From NCBI GenBank assembly GCA_038148515.1, contig JAYQVP010000002.1, positions 25,635 through 89,634 on the forward strand: a stretch of DNA of 64,000 nt, given 5' to 3'. Shown one piece after another: positions 44,998 to 54,243 of this stretch; position 1 is the stretch's first letter, and every line of letters starts with the position of its first letter. A program made the position numbers and the translations under genes. Below the pieces are notes generated by a model. The model was given only the letters and a program-made list of their open reading frames with translations, was not told the DNA's origin and did not search any database. The DNA comes from Poseidonia sp. (lineage in GTDB: Archaea; Thermoplasmatota; Poseidoniia; Poseidoniales; Poseidoniaceae).

Positions 44998-46682
44998 CAA
45001 GCCCACCCCCACAAGGTTCGTAGTTCGCTGGCTTTCATTTGAGCATCTTCTACTCGCGTTTCGCAAGCATCAGCGAGGATCATGGCCCCTTGGTCGTCCA
45101 CGATACTACGGCCACTGACCACCACTCGCCGGCCCAGCAGCAAGCCTCGTACGTGTTGAACGAAGCCGAGGCCTCCGTGTTCTTCGACGATTCCTTTCAA
45201 ACCGGGCTCATCAAGGCCCAATACCCCCAAGGATGCCTCCTTGTTGACCAGCAAGGCAGCGGTCGCACCGCTTTGATCCATCACCAAACGTAGACGGATG
45301 TCTTCTTCGCCAGGATTCGCACCGTGGTCAAAACACGCACCCTCGCGCAACACCCGGCGGCATTCCGTGCATCGATGGATGATGCCAGAATCGTCGCGAA
45401 CACTGACAACAATGCCGTCGGTCTTCAACCCTACACGGCTTGCGCCTCCGACGACCTCTGGGAGTGGAACTTCAACAGAAAGTTCGCTCAAATCCATGCT
45501 TTCGTCCCAGGGAGGCGCCTCGAGCACGGTGAGTTGGTGGCCTTCGTCCACGGTGATGTCTGGGATGCCTTGCCAAGCCCGAACGCGAGCTCCGCGGATG
45601 GAGACCGTGACCGGAAGATCAGACTCCTTGAAGGGAAGGTCATCCCAAATGCTGATTCTGCATCGACCGGTAGGGTCGGCGATTTGTCCGGACCAAAGGA
45701 AGCCTTCCTCACCGTTTCGGTCAAAGGTCCGCTTCATGATGTCCGTGATTTGGACCGTCGCATCGACGTCACGCAAACCGTCGGTCAGCGCCGAGATGGT
45801 GAGGCTGGCCTCGTTGGAGAGTGTTTCGACATCGGCGAAACTGGCATCGTGGAACACTTCGATTCGAGTGGTTCGGCCGAAATTCAGTTCGGGTGTGTTT
45901 CGGAAACTGCGTACTTGCGCCCCGTCAATCTTCAACAACGCACCGACTTCGTGTTCAAACGGCTCCCACGACAAGAAGCCGATGCTGCCAGTTCCGTCAG
46001 CCAAGCGGCCGCGAACCACATCGATGGAACCCGAACCGTCCTTGCGATGAATCTGGTCAGGACGAGACGAGAGGACACGGCCCACCACGCAGATGTAGCC
46101 GTCGGCAGGAATGTCGGCAATGTCGAGCGGATCGTTCGACGAAGCGAGCGTGGCAACGCCTTCCTTGAGGACGACGATGCGGGTGGATTGGTTGATGTTG
46201 AGGGACATCTTCCCGTTGTATTCGTTCACACTGGCTCCTTCAATCCGAACGATACTACCGGAGGCGAGGTTTGCATGGGGGCCCCAGTCCTTGTAATCCC
46301 ACCGCGTCCTCTGACCGTTTTCTTCCCAGGGATTGTCCTCAAGCATCCCAAAGGCGATTTGTTTCTCTTCCCCCCGAATGGTTTGATCTCGAACATTGTG
46401 CGTGATGATGGCCACTTCGATTTCGATGTCCCGGTCCTCGCCGTTCAATTCGCTCAGGGAAGCCACTTTCTTTGTCACCCGCGCGGAGGTCGTACTGGAT
46501 GACTGCGGCGTAGGACCGGTTCCACTTTTGAATCGGCGAAGTACGGAACGCATCGCATCTTGCGGAGGAATGTAAAACTCTTCTTCGTACTTGGCAAAGG
46601 CCTCGGCCACCTCTTGGGCATCGGCCTCCGGGCATTCTTTCTGCACGGCTTTGACGTAGTCGGCGTATTTTTCATCAGCCAT
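44997..46682 (-). CDS. rpa: Replication protein A (multi-OB ssDNA-binding protein with zinc finger)
   Basis: 561 aa from MADEKY (ATG 46682, GGTGGAGGG 8 nt upstream). Repeated OB modules (e.g. IEVAIITHNVRDQTIRGEEKQIAFGMLEDN, ICVVGRVLSSR..., DATVQITDIMKRTFDRNGEEGFLWSGQIADPTGRCRISIWDD) and a C-terminal zinc motif CTECRRVLREGACFDHG. Confidence 0.85.
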   Translation of the reverse strand: MADEKYADYVKAVQKECPEADAQEVAEAFAKYEEEFYIPPQDAMRSVLRRFKSGTGPTPQSSSTTSARVTKKVASLSELNGEDRDIEIEVAIITHNVRDQTIRGEEKQIAFGMLEDNPWEENGQRTRWDYKDWGPHANLASGSIVRIEGASVNEYNGKMSLNINQSTRIVVLKEGVATLASSNDPLDIADIPADGYICVVGRVLSSRPDQIHRKDGSGSIDVVRGRLADGTGSIGFLSWEPFEHEVGALLKIDGAQVRSFRNTPELNFGRTTRIEVFHDASFADVETLSNEASLTISALTDGLRDVDATVQITDIMKRTFDRNGEEGFLWSGQIADPTGRCRISIWDDLPFKESDLPVTVSIRGARVRAWQGIPDITVDEGHQLTVLEAPPWDESMDLSELSVEVPLPEVVGGASRVGLKTDGIVVSVRDDSGIIHRCTECRRVLREGACFDHGANPGEEDIRLRLVMDQSGATAALLVNKEASLGVLGLDEPGLKGIVEEHGGLGFVQHVRGLLLGRRVVVSGRSIVDDQGAMILADACETRVEDAQMKASELRTLWGWA

Positions 46683-46844
46683 GCAGCGACCCTCCACCAG
46701 GCGTTGTTGATTCAAGCCTGTGTGGAGAACAGGCGGCGGGCTTACGTGCGGGTTGGTTGAGACTGAACACTCCCTTGACCTCCATGGGACTGATTACCAA
46801 CGACGACAGGACATAAAGAATCCCATCAAGGGAATTGATGACCT

Positions 46845-48248
46845 TCAAGCGGGATTGACCCGCAGTCCTTCGTTGAGCAACACATCGGGGAGGTGCATGC
46901 TACCTGAGGAGTATGAGCCTTGTCGACGAACTTCATCGCCAAGATGAAGTTCCCCCCGCATGGCTTTCGCAAGATTACCAGAAAGGCCTGCTTGTTTGAG
47001 CGCACCGACAATCTCGCCGCCTTCCACTTTCAAAATTGAACTCGTTGTTACGGAAAAGTCTCCGCTTGTTGGATTGGCCGTGTGCGCCCCCATGACGCTG
47101 TTCACGACGTAACCATCACCCATACGCTGGAGAAGTTCGTCAAAGGACTGTCCTGCGACGTTGGAAGTGAGGAACACTTCGGTGCAACCAGTGGATGGTG
47201 GTGATTGATGACCACCAGCGGTGGCAGAACCGGTGGATGATGCCTGGTCAATGCGCCCTTCGGCGACTTGTTGAGCGGCGTCGCGTGTTGACCACAACAT
47301 GTGCTCCAATCGACCGTCGTTGACCAGCACCTGCCGACGGCGAGGAACGCCTTCACCGTCCCTCGAACTGGAAGACATCCCGCCTTCCAACAGCCCATCA
47401 TCGGTGATGCTCAAAACCGGATTGAGGACGATTTCGCCCTGTTGACCCGACCAGAACGATTCTTGGCGAACCATTTTTTCACCCGAAAGGGCCGGAGGGA
47501 CCACCATGGAAAACAACGGTGAAAAACCCTCGCTGGTCATGAGCACGGGCGAATCAACCGGTTCGCTGTCAACTTCGATGAGATCACGGGTGATTTGAGC
47601 CCAGTGAACAGCTTGTGCAACGCATTCAGGAACGGCCTCCAAGCGTTGACGGCTCGAAGCCCCTTGATAGGAACTGGTCAGCGCATCGTTTTCATCAATC
47701 GTCACTTGCAAACCAAGGCCATGTGAGGTCGTAAGCCCGCTTGTAAGTATTCCTTCACTTGAAAGAAAACAGCCGGCTGTAGCGGACACTCCCAGCCCAC
47801 CGCCGGTCAGGACAGCACGCGAATCGAGAGAATGCACCGCTGAGAGAACTGCATCGGCCTGCTCAAGCAAATCCTCCGGTTGAACGTCCAAAATCGTGGC
47901 ATCGAACCGGCCACCGACGGGATTCGCCTCTTCGTTGGAAGGCAAGACAAATCCGTTGACGCTTGGAGATTGGTTGGCAATCGCCAGTGCTTGTGCTACC
48001 GCTCGTTCAGCCCCGGATACATCGACCAAATGTGCAAAGCCAAAACGACCTTCGTCCACTAAGCGCACACCGTATCCACCTTCTCCGCCACCGCTCGCCA
48101 TGGTGATGTTTCCTGCCTCAATATCCAGAGAATGACCGTAGGCTTGGAAGCCGACGACCTCCCACTGCTGAACGCCACTGGCCTGGCATACCTCGCCAAG
48201 TCGTTGCGCATTGGCCAAGAGGCGGTCTTCAGCACCTTCGGGAAGCAT
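46845..48248 (-). CDS. pmbA: PmbA/TldE-family protein (TldD partner)
   Basis: 467 aa from MLPEGAED (ATG 48248, 1 nt after the tldD stop). TldD/PmbA-family pattern incl. GGEGGYGVRLVDEGRFGFA and the C-terminal SVTTSSILKVEGGEI. Confidence 0.8.
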   Translation of the reverse strand: MLPEGAEDRLLANAQRLGEVCQASGVQQWEVVGFQAYGHSLDIEAGNITMASGGGEGGYGVRLVDEGRFGFAHLVDVSGAERAVAQALAIANQSPSVNGFVLPSNEEANPVGGRFDATILDVQPEDLLEQADAVLSAVHSLDSRAVLTGGGLGVSATAGCFLSSEGILTSGLTTSHGLGLQVTIDENDALTSSYQGASSRQRLEAVPECVAQAVHWAQITRDLIEVDSEPVDSPVLMTSEGFSPLFSMVVPPALSGEKMVRQESFWSGQQGEIVLNPVLSITDDGLLEGGMSSSSRDGEGVPRRRQVLVNDGRLEHMLWSTRDAAQQVAEGRIDQASSTGSATAGGHQSPPSTGCTEVFLTSNVAGQSFDELLQRMGDGYVVNSVMGAHTANPTSGDFSVTTSSILKVEGGEIVGALKQAGLSGNLAKAMRGELHLGDEVRRQGSYSSGSMHLPDVLLNEGLRVNPA

Positions 48249-48249
48249 C

Positions 48250-49698
48250 TCACCCCACCAACGCTTGGCTGATTCGCATGATGGGCCCGCCGTCGCCAAC
48301 AGGCACCGTTTGTCCTTTGCCGCAGAAGCCAGGGGAAGCCAACGAAGCATCGCGGGTTAGGCCATCGACATTGTTCAAAATTTCAAGGGTGAGTCCACTC
48401 ACGCTGACATCTTTGAGTGGACGAGTGAGTTCACCGTTTTCGATCAGCCAGGCCTCTTGAGCAGCGAATTGGAAGGACCCTCGCCCCGTGTCGACTTGCC
48501 CGCCACGAGTCCCGCAAGCATACACGCCGTACTCGACGTCTTCCATCAGCGCATCCAGGTCGTTGTGGCGGCCACCGTGAATCATCGTGTTGGACATGCG
48601 AACCATGGGATGGTGCAAGCCATCTTGAGCTCGGGCGCCGCCATTGGGCTCCACGCCGAAATGATGGGCAGTCTCCCGGTGATTGAGGTACTCGGTCAAC
48701 ACACCGTCTTTGATGAGCACTTTTGGACGTGTATTCACGCCTTCGTCGTCAACTGGATAGGCTCCGTACCCATCCATCATCGTGGGGTCGTCCACCACCG
48801 TGACCAGCTCGTTGCCGATTTGCTGACCTAATTTCCCGTCCAAACAGGAGTCACCGGCTGCGACCAGGTCGGCTTCGCAGGGGTGACCGAGCGCCTCGTG
48901 AATATAGACGCCGGTCAGGTCGGGGTCGGCGATCAGTGGCATTTTTCCAGAGGGGGCACGCTCGGCGTTCAACAGCCGAAGAGCCGCTTTCTGTGCTTGC
49001 TCACCAAGGTTGACCAAATCGCAAGCGTTGATGATTTCCAGACCACCACGGCCGCCGTGACGGGTCCTGTACGACACGACCTCTCCCCCCTGCCGAGCCG
49101 TCACCATACCGTGTATCAAGGACCGTTGGAAGGACCAAACGCGGTCCATGCCTTCGGTGGTCATCAGTTCGGTGTGAATGTGTTCGTCGCTCCAACCGGT
49201 TCGAACCGAGACGATGTCGTCGTGACCCGTAGCCCCGCGGTAAAGGTCGTTCATGAGCCCCATCTTGGTGTCCAAGTCGGTGTCACGAACATCGAGAACT
49301 GAGCGCCAATGCTGTTCGTCCTGTATGATGGGTACCTCGGCCAAACCAATCGGTCGTTCGGAGGCGGGTCGGCGTCGTGCGACGGCCTTTGCAAGACGAG
49401 TGGTGGATTCGATTTGGTCTGGAAGTGAAGCCACATCGGTCGTTGAATGCACACCCCATGCCCCATCGGCGAGCACACGGAGGGTGAAGCCCAATTCCTG
49501 TCCGGGAATGGCTCGCTCCAACACCCCGTCGCGCATGGCGACAGTGGATTCGGTTAACGATACCAACCGGACTTCAGCGTACGTAGCTCCGCAGGATTGA
49601 GCATGGTCAAGGGCGCGCTGGACCTTGCTTTGATCAAGGAATCGACCCGAAGATGGGCCGTGTGCCTCTCCTCGTTGTGCTGTGACCACCATGAACAT
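48250..49698 (-). CDS. tldD: TldD-family metalloprotease
   Basis: YIHEALGHPCEAD (HExxxH), GARAQDGLHHPMVRMSNT and GGQVDTGRGSFQFAAQEAWLIENGE. Start trimmed to MFMVV (49698). Confidence 0.85.
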   Translation of the reverse strand: MFMVVTAQRGEAHGPSSGRFLDQSKVQRALDHAQSCGATYAEVRLVSLTESTVAMRDGVLERAIPGQELGFTLRVLADGAWGVHSTTDVASLPDQIESTTRLAKAVARRRPASERPIGLAEVPIIQDEQHWRSVLDVRDTDLDTKMGLMNDLYRGATGHDDIVSVRTGWSDEHIHTELMTTEGMDRVWSFQRSLIHGMVTARQGGEVVSYRTRHGGRGGLEIINACDLVNLGEQAQKAALRLLNAERAPSGKMPLIADPDLTGVYIHEALGHPCEADLVAAGDSCLDGKLGQQIGNELVTVVDDPTMMDGYGAYPVDDEGVNTRPKVLIKDGVLTEYLNHRETAHHFGVEPNGGARAQDGLHHPMVRMSNTMIHGGRHNDLDALMEDVEYGVYACGTRGGQVDTGRGSFQFAAQEAWLIENGELTRPLKDVSVSGLTLEILNNVDGLTRDASLASPGFCGKGQTVPVGDGGPIMRISQALVG

Positions 49699-49730
49699 TG
49701 ACACGCGAGGGGAGCCTTTGAACCCTCCCC

Positions 49731-50300
49731 TCACCGGTAGGACGAACTTTGGTCGTCGGCCATCATGATGTGGGCGACCAGGGACTCTACTTCACGACCC
49801 TCGACCCAAGCATCCACATCGATGCCGAGTTGAATGGCACCCTCTATAGAAAAATGCATACTGGACTCTTGACTCCTCCAGTCGAGGGTTTGAGCCAGCG
49901 CTAAAAGCGTCGCATGGGACGAGGTTTGGTCGTGGTCCATTTCGGGCTGAAGGTGCCCTAATTCATTGGCTTGGCCTCGGGCGAGAGGCAGATAAACGAG
50001 CCACGCATGTCGTTGTTCGTTCTGAAGACCAGCCCGAGCAAATGCCTCGGAGACATGATGTGTCCCGGCAAGGTAGCGCAAAAACTCTGCATCCACGCTT
50101 CGCGCCACCATCGAACCCCGAAGCTCGTTTCGAGTTGTGTGAATCCACGCTGTGATGAGTTGCATGCGTGATTGGACGGCATGGCCACCCAGCATCACGC
50201 AGCGAACATCGGGACGGAGGTCAAGGAAGCGCTTGACGGCGTCCGATGACGAAATTCCATCCGGGAGGTCAACCAACACCGCAGGGAGGTCCGGGCCCAT
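49731..50300 (-). CDS. cgi121: KEOPS complex subunit Cgi121
   Basis: 189 aa from MGPDLPAV (ATG 50300). VQSRMQLITAWIHTTRNELRGSMVARSVDAEFLRYLAGTHHVSEAFARAGL matches the Cgi121 core pattern (..A...A......a+sl..E.L.y..G..qi..A....G). The track start at 50447 overlaps hel308. Confidence 0.65.
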   Translation of the reverse strand: MGPDLPAVLVDLPDGISSSDAVKRFLDLRPDVRCVMLGGHAVQSRMQLITAWIHTTRNELRGSMVARSVDAEFLRYLAGTHHVSEAFARAGLQNEQRHAWLVYLPLARGQANELGHLQPEMDHDQTSSHATLLALAQTLDWRSQESSMHFSIEGAIQLGIDVDAWVEGREVESLVAHIMMADDQSSSYR

Positions 50301-50325
50301 GCCTCCACCAACACCCTCATGAATT

Positions 50326-52923
50326 TCAACGCGACCCTTGCTGCTCACCGTCCAACGGTGTATCGTCGCTACGCGGCACGGCCTTAGACTCCTCGCCCCG
50401 TTCTTGGCGGCGGAGGACTCGCTGGATTTCACCCTGAATCTTGTCAAGGAGCAATGGCCCCCAACCGCGTTGACTTAACAAGGTCGAGCGTACCTTGGGC
50501 GGCATGTCCATCACTTCGTTGGGCGTTCGCAAGCCCAACGCTGCCAATTCCCGGGCACGCTGGCGACCGACGTGACGAATGTTGACGAGCGCCAACAAAT
50601 CAGGTTTGCACCCGTGGCGAACCCGTTGCTGAAGGACGCTCAAGCGTCGTACGAGATCAGAAACATCAGCCATGTGCTCCTCGGAGAACACGTCATCGGT
50701 GAGGAGTACATGTTGAGCCCCAGTGAGCAACCAACCCATCAAGTCCACGCGATGATGCACATCCCCCGGCAGAACGTCCAAGCGTGACTCAAGGTCACGC
50801 AAGGTAGTTTCATCCGTCCATTCCTCCACCATCCATGCGCTCTTGATGTCGCTCAACATGGCTTCGGCATACCCCGGTTCGATCAACAATTCGTCCTCGG
50901 ATGCATTGGCTTTGAGCCAGGTGGGCGAGTTGGGCTCCATGTCGGCGGTTTTCGCCCATAACGAAACGAAGTCGGGGGTGGCGACGGCCAAATGAAGGAA
51001 GCCAAACTCCGTCACTGGGCCGTCCTTTCGGACCGAACGACGAACAGCACGGCGCAGCCCTGTTCGTAAGATTGAGGCGGAGAGGGGGTCGAGGTACAAT
51101 TGTGTGACCCGTTCGCCCATGGCCGTTGCTTCGTACCGCATCTCAGCAGGGTCGTGATGGGCAGGCCGGTTCCATGCCCCGCCTCCACCCCGCAGGGTCG
51201 ATGCCGAGGTAAAACCGAGGGAGGGAGTGGTATGGGCACTGGGGCCTCGCACATGCACTTCATCGAGGCCACCGGGTTGCCAATGGACGCCCGTTGTTTG
51301 GCTCGCACCCGTTGCCCAGGCCGGAATCGCATCATCCCAAGCACCGTCATCCATCAAACTGGCAGAGGCAACCGGGACGGTGGCGTGTTCATCTACCCCG
51401 CATTTTCTCAAAAAACGCTCTTCGACCAACCAGTCCAACATGGTCGAAATGCGTTGATGAAGTTGAGTTTTCGGTAGTGTGGCACCCAAAAAAGTGGAGG
51501 CGAAAAAGTGCTCAATGGTGCCTTTGTGCACTAAGCCCCCGGTCGCCACACTGGCCAAGAGATGCATGCGCATCGCGGGCTCGGAGGCAAGTTTCGAGGA
51601 AATGTCCTCAACGGGCCCGAAGAAGTATCGGTCGGCCACGGCGTCAGCAACTTCCCAACCGTCCGTCCCCTTGCAATACACCCATGCTTCGCCCTGCGTG
51701 TCGTATTTTGGCCGACCTGCCCGACCGAGCATTTGGCGGACCTCCATCACGGGAAGCGGGCGACTCATGCCGTCGTCCCAACGTTTGAGATCGCGAACAA
51801 GGACCCGACGTGCAGGAAGGTTCACGCCCGCCGCTAGCGTTGGTGTGGCCGTTAGCGCCACCAACAAGCCGGACTTGAACGCCCCTTCGACGTCCCTCCT
51901 CTGGGCATTGGTCAAGCCTGCATGATGGAATCCAACGCCGCCCGCTAGACATTCTCCCAAAACATCTGCGAGGTTTGATTGGCCCCGTCCGGACAGCGAT
52001 ATAGCCAGTTCCTGAAGTCGGTCCAATCGTTCAGGGTCGTCCTTTACGAGGCGTTTTTTGACGCGTTTAGCGAGGTTTTTCGCCTCCGATTGGGCGCCAC
52101 GACGTGTGCCGACAAAAAGCAACACCTGTGCGTCATGCGTCATACCATCGTCGACCACGCTCCAAACAGGATGGCTCTTGATTCCGTCAAGGTCACGAGG
52201 AGGGCCAAGCTGGCCTTGCTTCTCCTCTGGCGATTGCAGTTTGCGAGGCTCAACGTGAAAATCGTGAAACGTAGCGTATTCCAACGCCACAGGACGCCAT
52301 TCCGACTCGATCAAGTCGGCATCCAACCAGCGAGCCAAGTCGGGGGCGTTTCCAACCGTCGCAGAGAGGGCAATGATTTGAGCATCCGGCCGTAAATGGC
52401 GTAATCGAGTGAGGTTGATCTCCAAGGTCGGCCCGCGTGTTGTGTCGTTCATGAGATGGAATTCGTCAGCCACCACACAACACACATCCGCCACCAGTTC
52501 AGAGCGATGGCGCAACAGCGAATCCAGTTTTTCCGACGTGCAGACCAAAATGTTGCATTCATCGATGTTTTTCGCTTCAGATGTCGCATCACCAATACCC
52601 AATCCGATCTTCAAATTCATGCACTTCGCTATGGCCGAAAGGTCCTCGTATTTCTCCATCGCTAAGGCCTTCAGTGGAACGATGTAGATCGCCTTCGACC
52701 GTTCATTACCTTCTGATAAGCGCTTCACTATGCCCATGTAAGCAAGAAGTGACTTTCCTGAAGCCGTTGGAATCGCCACCAAGGAATTGCGGCCTTCAAG
52801 AATGCTCGGCGCTGCCTGTGCTTGAGGGGGGTGAAGGCGCTCGATGGCCCATTCGTGTTGGAGGAAGTGGCGGAACCGTTCAGGGAGTGCGAGAAGGGAC
52901 ACGTCACGCATCTCCGCTTCCAT
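50326..52923 (-). CDS. hel308: Ski2-like DNA helicase Hel308
   Basis: Walker A AIPTASGKS, DEFH box VVADEFHLM, LSATVGN, motif VI GVGFHHAGLTNAQRRDVE, and C-terminal ratchet/HhH region (ELAALGLRTPNEV). ATG 52923 is preferred over the TTG at 52950. Confidence 0.88.
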   Translation of the reverse strand: MEAEMRDVSLLALPERFRHFLQHEWAIERLHPPQAQAAPSILEGRNSLVAIPTASGKSLLAYMGIVKRLSEGNERSKAIYIVPLKALAMEKYEDLSAIAKCMNLKIGLGIGDATSEAKNIDECNILVCTSEKLDSLLRHRSELVADVCCVVADEFHLMNDTTRGPTLEINLTRLRHLRPDAQIIALSATVGNAPDLARWLDADLIESEWRPVALEYATFHDFHVEPRKLQSPEEKQGQLGPPRDLDGIKSHPVWSVVDDGMTHDAQVLLFVGTRRGAQSEAKNLAKRVKKRLVKDDPERLDRLQELAISLSGRGQSNLADVLGECLAGGVGFHHAGLTNAQRRDVEGAFKSGLLVALTATPTLAAGVNLPARRVLVRDLKRWDDGMSRPLPVMEVRQMLGRAGRPKYDTQGEAWVYCKGTDGWEVADAVADRYFFGPVEDISSKLASEPAMRMHLLASVATGGLVHKGTIEHFFASTFLGATLPKTQLHQRISTMLDWLVEERFLRKCGVDEHATVPVASASLMDDGAWDDAIPAWATGASQTTGVHWQPGGLDEVHVRGPSAHTTPSLGFTSASTLRGGGGAWNRPAHHDPAEMRYEATAMGERVTQLYLDPLSASILRTGLRRAVRRSVRKDGPVTEFGFLHLAVATPDFVSLWAKTADMEPNSPTWLKANASEDELLIEPGYAEAMLSDIKSAWMVEEWTDETTLRDLESRLDVLPGDVHHRVDLMGWLLTGAQHVLLTDDVFSEEHMADVSDLVRRLSVLQQRVRHGCKPDLLALVNIRHVGRQRARELAALGLRTPNEVMDMPPKVRSTLLSQRGWGPLLLDKIQGEIQRVLRRQERGEESKAVPRSDDTPLDGEQQGSR

Positions 52924-53011
52924 ACTTTGAGCATAGGGCCAACGGTTCAAAAGGAAAACGGCTCGACTTTCAAGCCGACATACCTAAAATCCGATTCGGC
53001 GTGGTGGAACC

Positions 53012-53632
53012 ATGACCGAAGATGTTGATGCGATGGTCGAAGAACGCCTCTCGGTGTTTGACGATGAACCCGACCTCAACGACTGGGTCGAAGTCATGTG
53101 CGGTGCTGCAATGGCCGTTCTGGGTATCTTCCACCTCGTTGAACCCGGGAACCTTGTCGACCCGAACGTGATGCGATGGTTCGCCGCTGCGGTCGTCGCT
53201 GCCGGTGCCGTTTGGGCTGGTCATGGATTGAAGGACATGGCTGTTAAGGAGGTTCGCCGCTCAATCGCCGTCTTGGACATGGCCGATGAAAGCGGGGGCG
53301 TCGACACAGGCTTGATTCGAGATGTTCTCATGAACCAGGAAGCATATCGGGACTTCCTCGTTCATGCATATGAAGCAGCATGGGAAGACGGCGTCATCAC
53401 CGAAGCAGAACTGAAGGAATTGAAATCCTTCCAAACCGCCCTTGGCATCAGCGATGAGGAAGCGGCTGATTTGAATGTCAAAGCTGCCATCAAATCTGCG
53501 GCCTCCGACGGTGAGATTTCACCCGAGGAAGCTGCCTCGATCAGCACCGCCGCAAAGGCCGCCAACATGAGCGAAGAAGACGTCACGAAGGCCGTGGACG
53601 AAGAGTTGAGCAAGAAAGACAGCAAGGCTTGA
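53012..53632 (+). CDS. Hypothetical membrane protein with TerB-like cytoplasmic helical repeats
   Basis: 206 aa. Two hydrophobic helices (AAMAVLGIFHLV, FAAAVVAAGAVWAG), then two acidic repeats DGVITEAELKELKSFQTALGISDEEA / DGEISPEEAASISTAAKAANMSEED reminiscent of TerB/DjlA-N domains. Confidence 0.5.
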   Translation: MTEDVDAMVEERLSVFDDEPDLNDWVEVMCGAAMAVLGIFHLVEPGNLVDPNVMRWFAAAVVAAGAVWAGHGLKDMAVKEVRRSIAVLDMADESGGVDTGLIRDVLMNQEAYRDFLVHAYEAAWEDGVITEAELKELKSFQTALGISDEEAADLNVKAAIKSAASDGEISPEEAASISTAAKAANMSEEDVTKAVDEELSKKDSKA

Positions 53633-53657
53633 GCCGCCCTCATGCCACTTTGGAACG

Positions 53658-54143
53658 TCAGGCAGCGCCGGACGAACGCTCTTGCTTCACATCGCCCACT
53701 TGAGCCCCCGCAAGGTGAATCATCGCCTCGGGCGTGATGGGAAAGACCGTGTCGGCGCTCCCTGCCGCACCCCAAACCAAGGGGATGTCGAGCAGGGTTT
53801 CATCCATCAACACAGTGCAAGGGTGAAGATGCCCAAAGGGCGGGACCCCTCCCGGAGCATATCCGGTGGATGACAGAACATACTCGGGCGAACACATCGA
53901 GGGTTTGTAACCGAGCAGGCGTTTCAACTTCTTTTTCCGGTCCACGTGATGGGCACCGCTGGTGATGACCACCACGGCACCCTCGATGCCCTCGAAGACG
54001 ATCGATTTGGCGATATGCGCGACTTCGCATCCCAACTGTTGGGCGGCATCGGCACTGGTTCTCGTGCCTTCTTCGTACCGGCGCGGCGTCGGTTCAAACC
54101 CTATGGCGGCACATGCTTCAAGCCAGCGCTGGTGACCGTCCAT
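53658..54143 (-). CDS. ybaK: YbaK/ProX-type aminoacyl-tRNA deacylase domain protein
   Basis: 161 aa. HIAKSIVFEG...VVVITSGAHHVDRKKLKRLLG...TGYAPGGVPPFGH is the typical YbaK/prolyl-tRNA-synthetase-associated editing domain pattern. Confidence 0.75.
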   Translation of the reverse strand: MDGHQRWLEACAAIGFEPTPRRYEEGTRTSADAAQQLGCEVAHIAKSIVFEGIEGAVVVITSGAHHVDRKKKLKRLLGYKPSMCSPEYVLSSTGYAPGGVPPFGHLHPCTVLMDETLLDIPLVWGAAGSADTVFPITPEAMIHLAGAQVGDVKQERSSGAA

Positions 54144-54243
54144 GGCTCCCGTGTCCTATCCGTTGATTTGATGCTTCCGAACAACACTCGACGATGCCCA
54201 AGCCCACAACCGCCTCCGAGGAGATTGGATGCAGAGGCCGAAC

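Noticed and set aside
46683-46844. Possible small gene or ncRNA in the 162-nt spacer upstream of rpa (track ORF 46720..46947 on plus)
   Set aside because: The plus ORF runs into the pmbA 3' end and has no features, and I saw only a trivial 4-bp hairpin. The spacer most simply holds the rpa promoter and 5' UTR.
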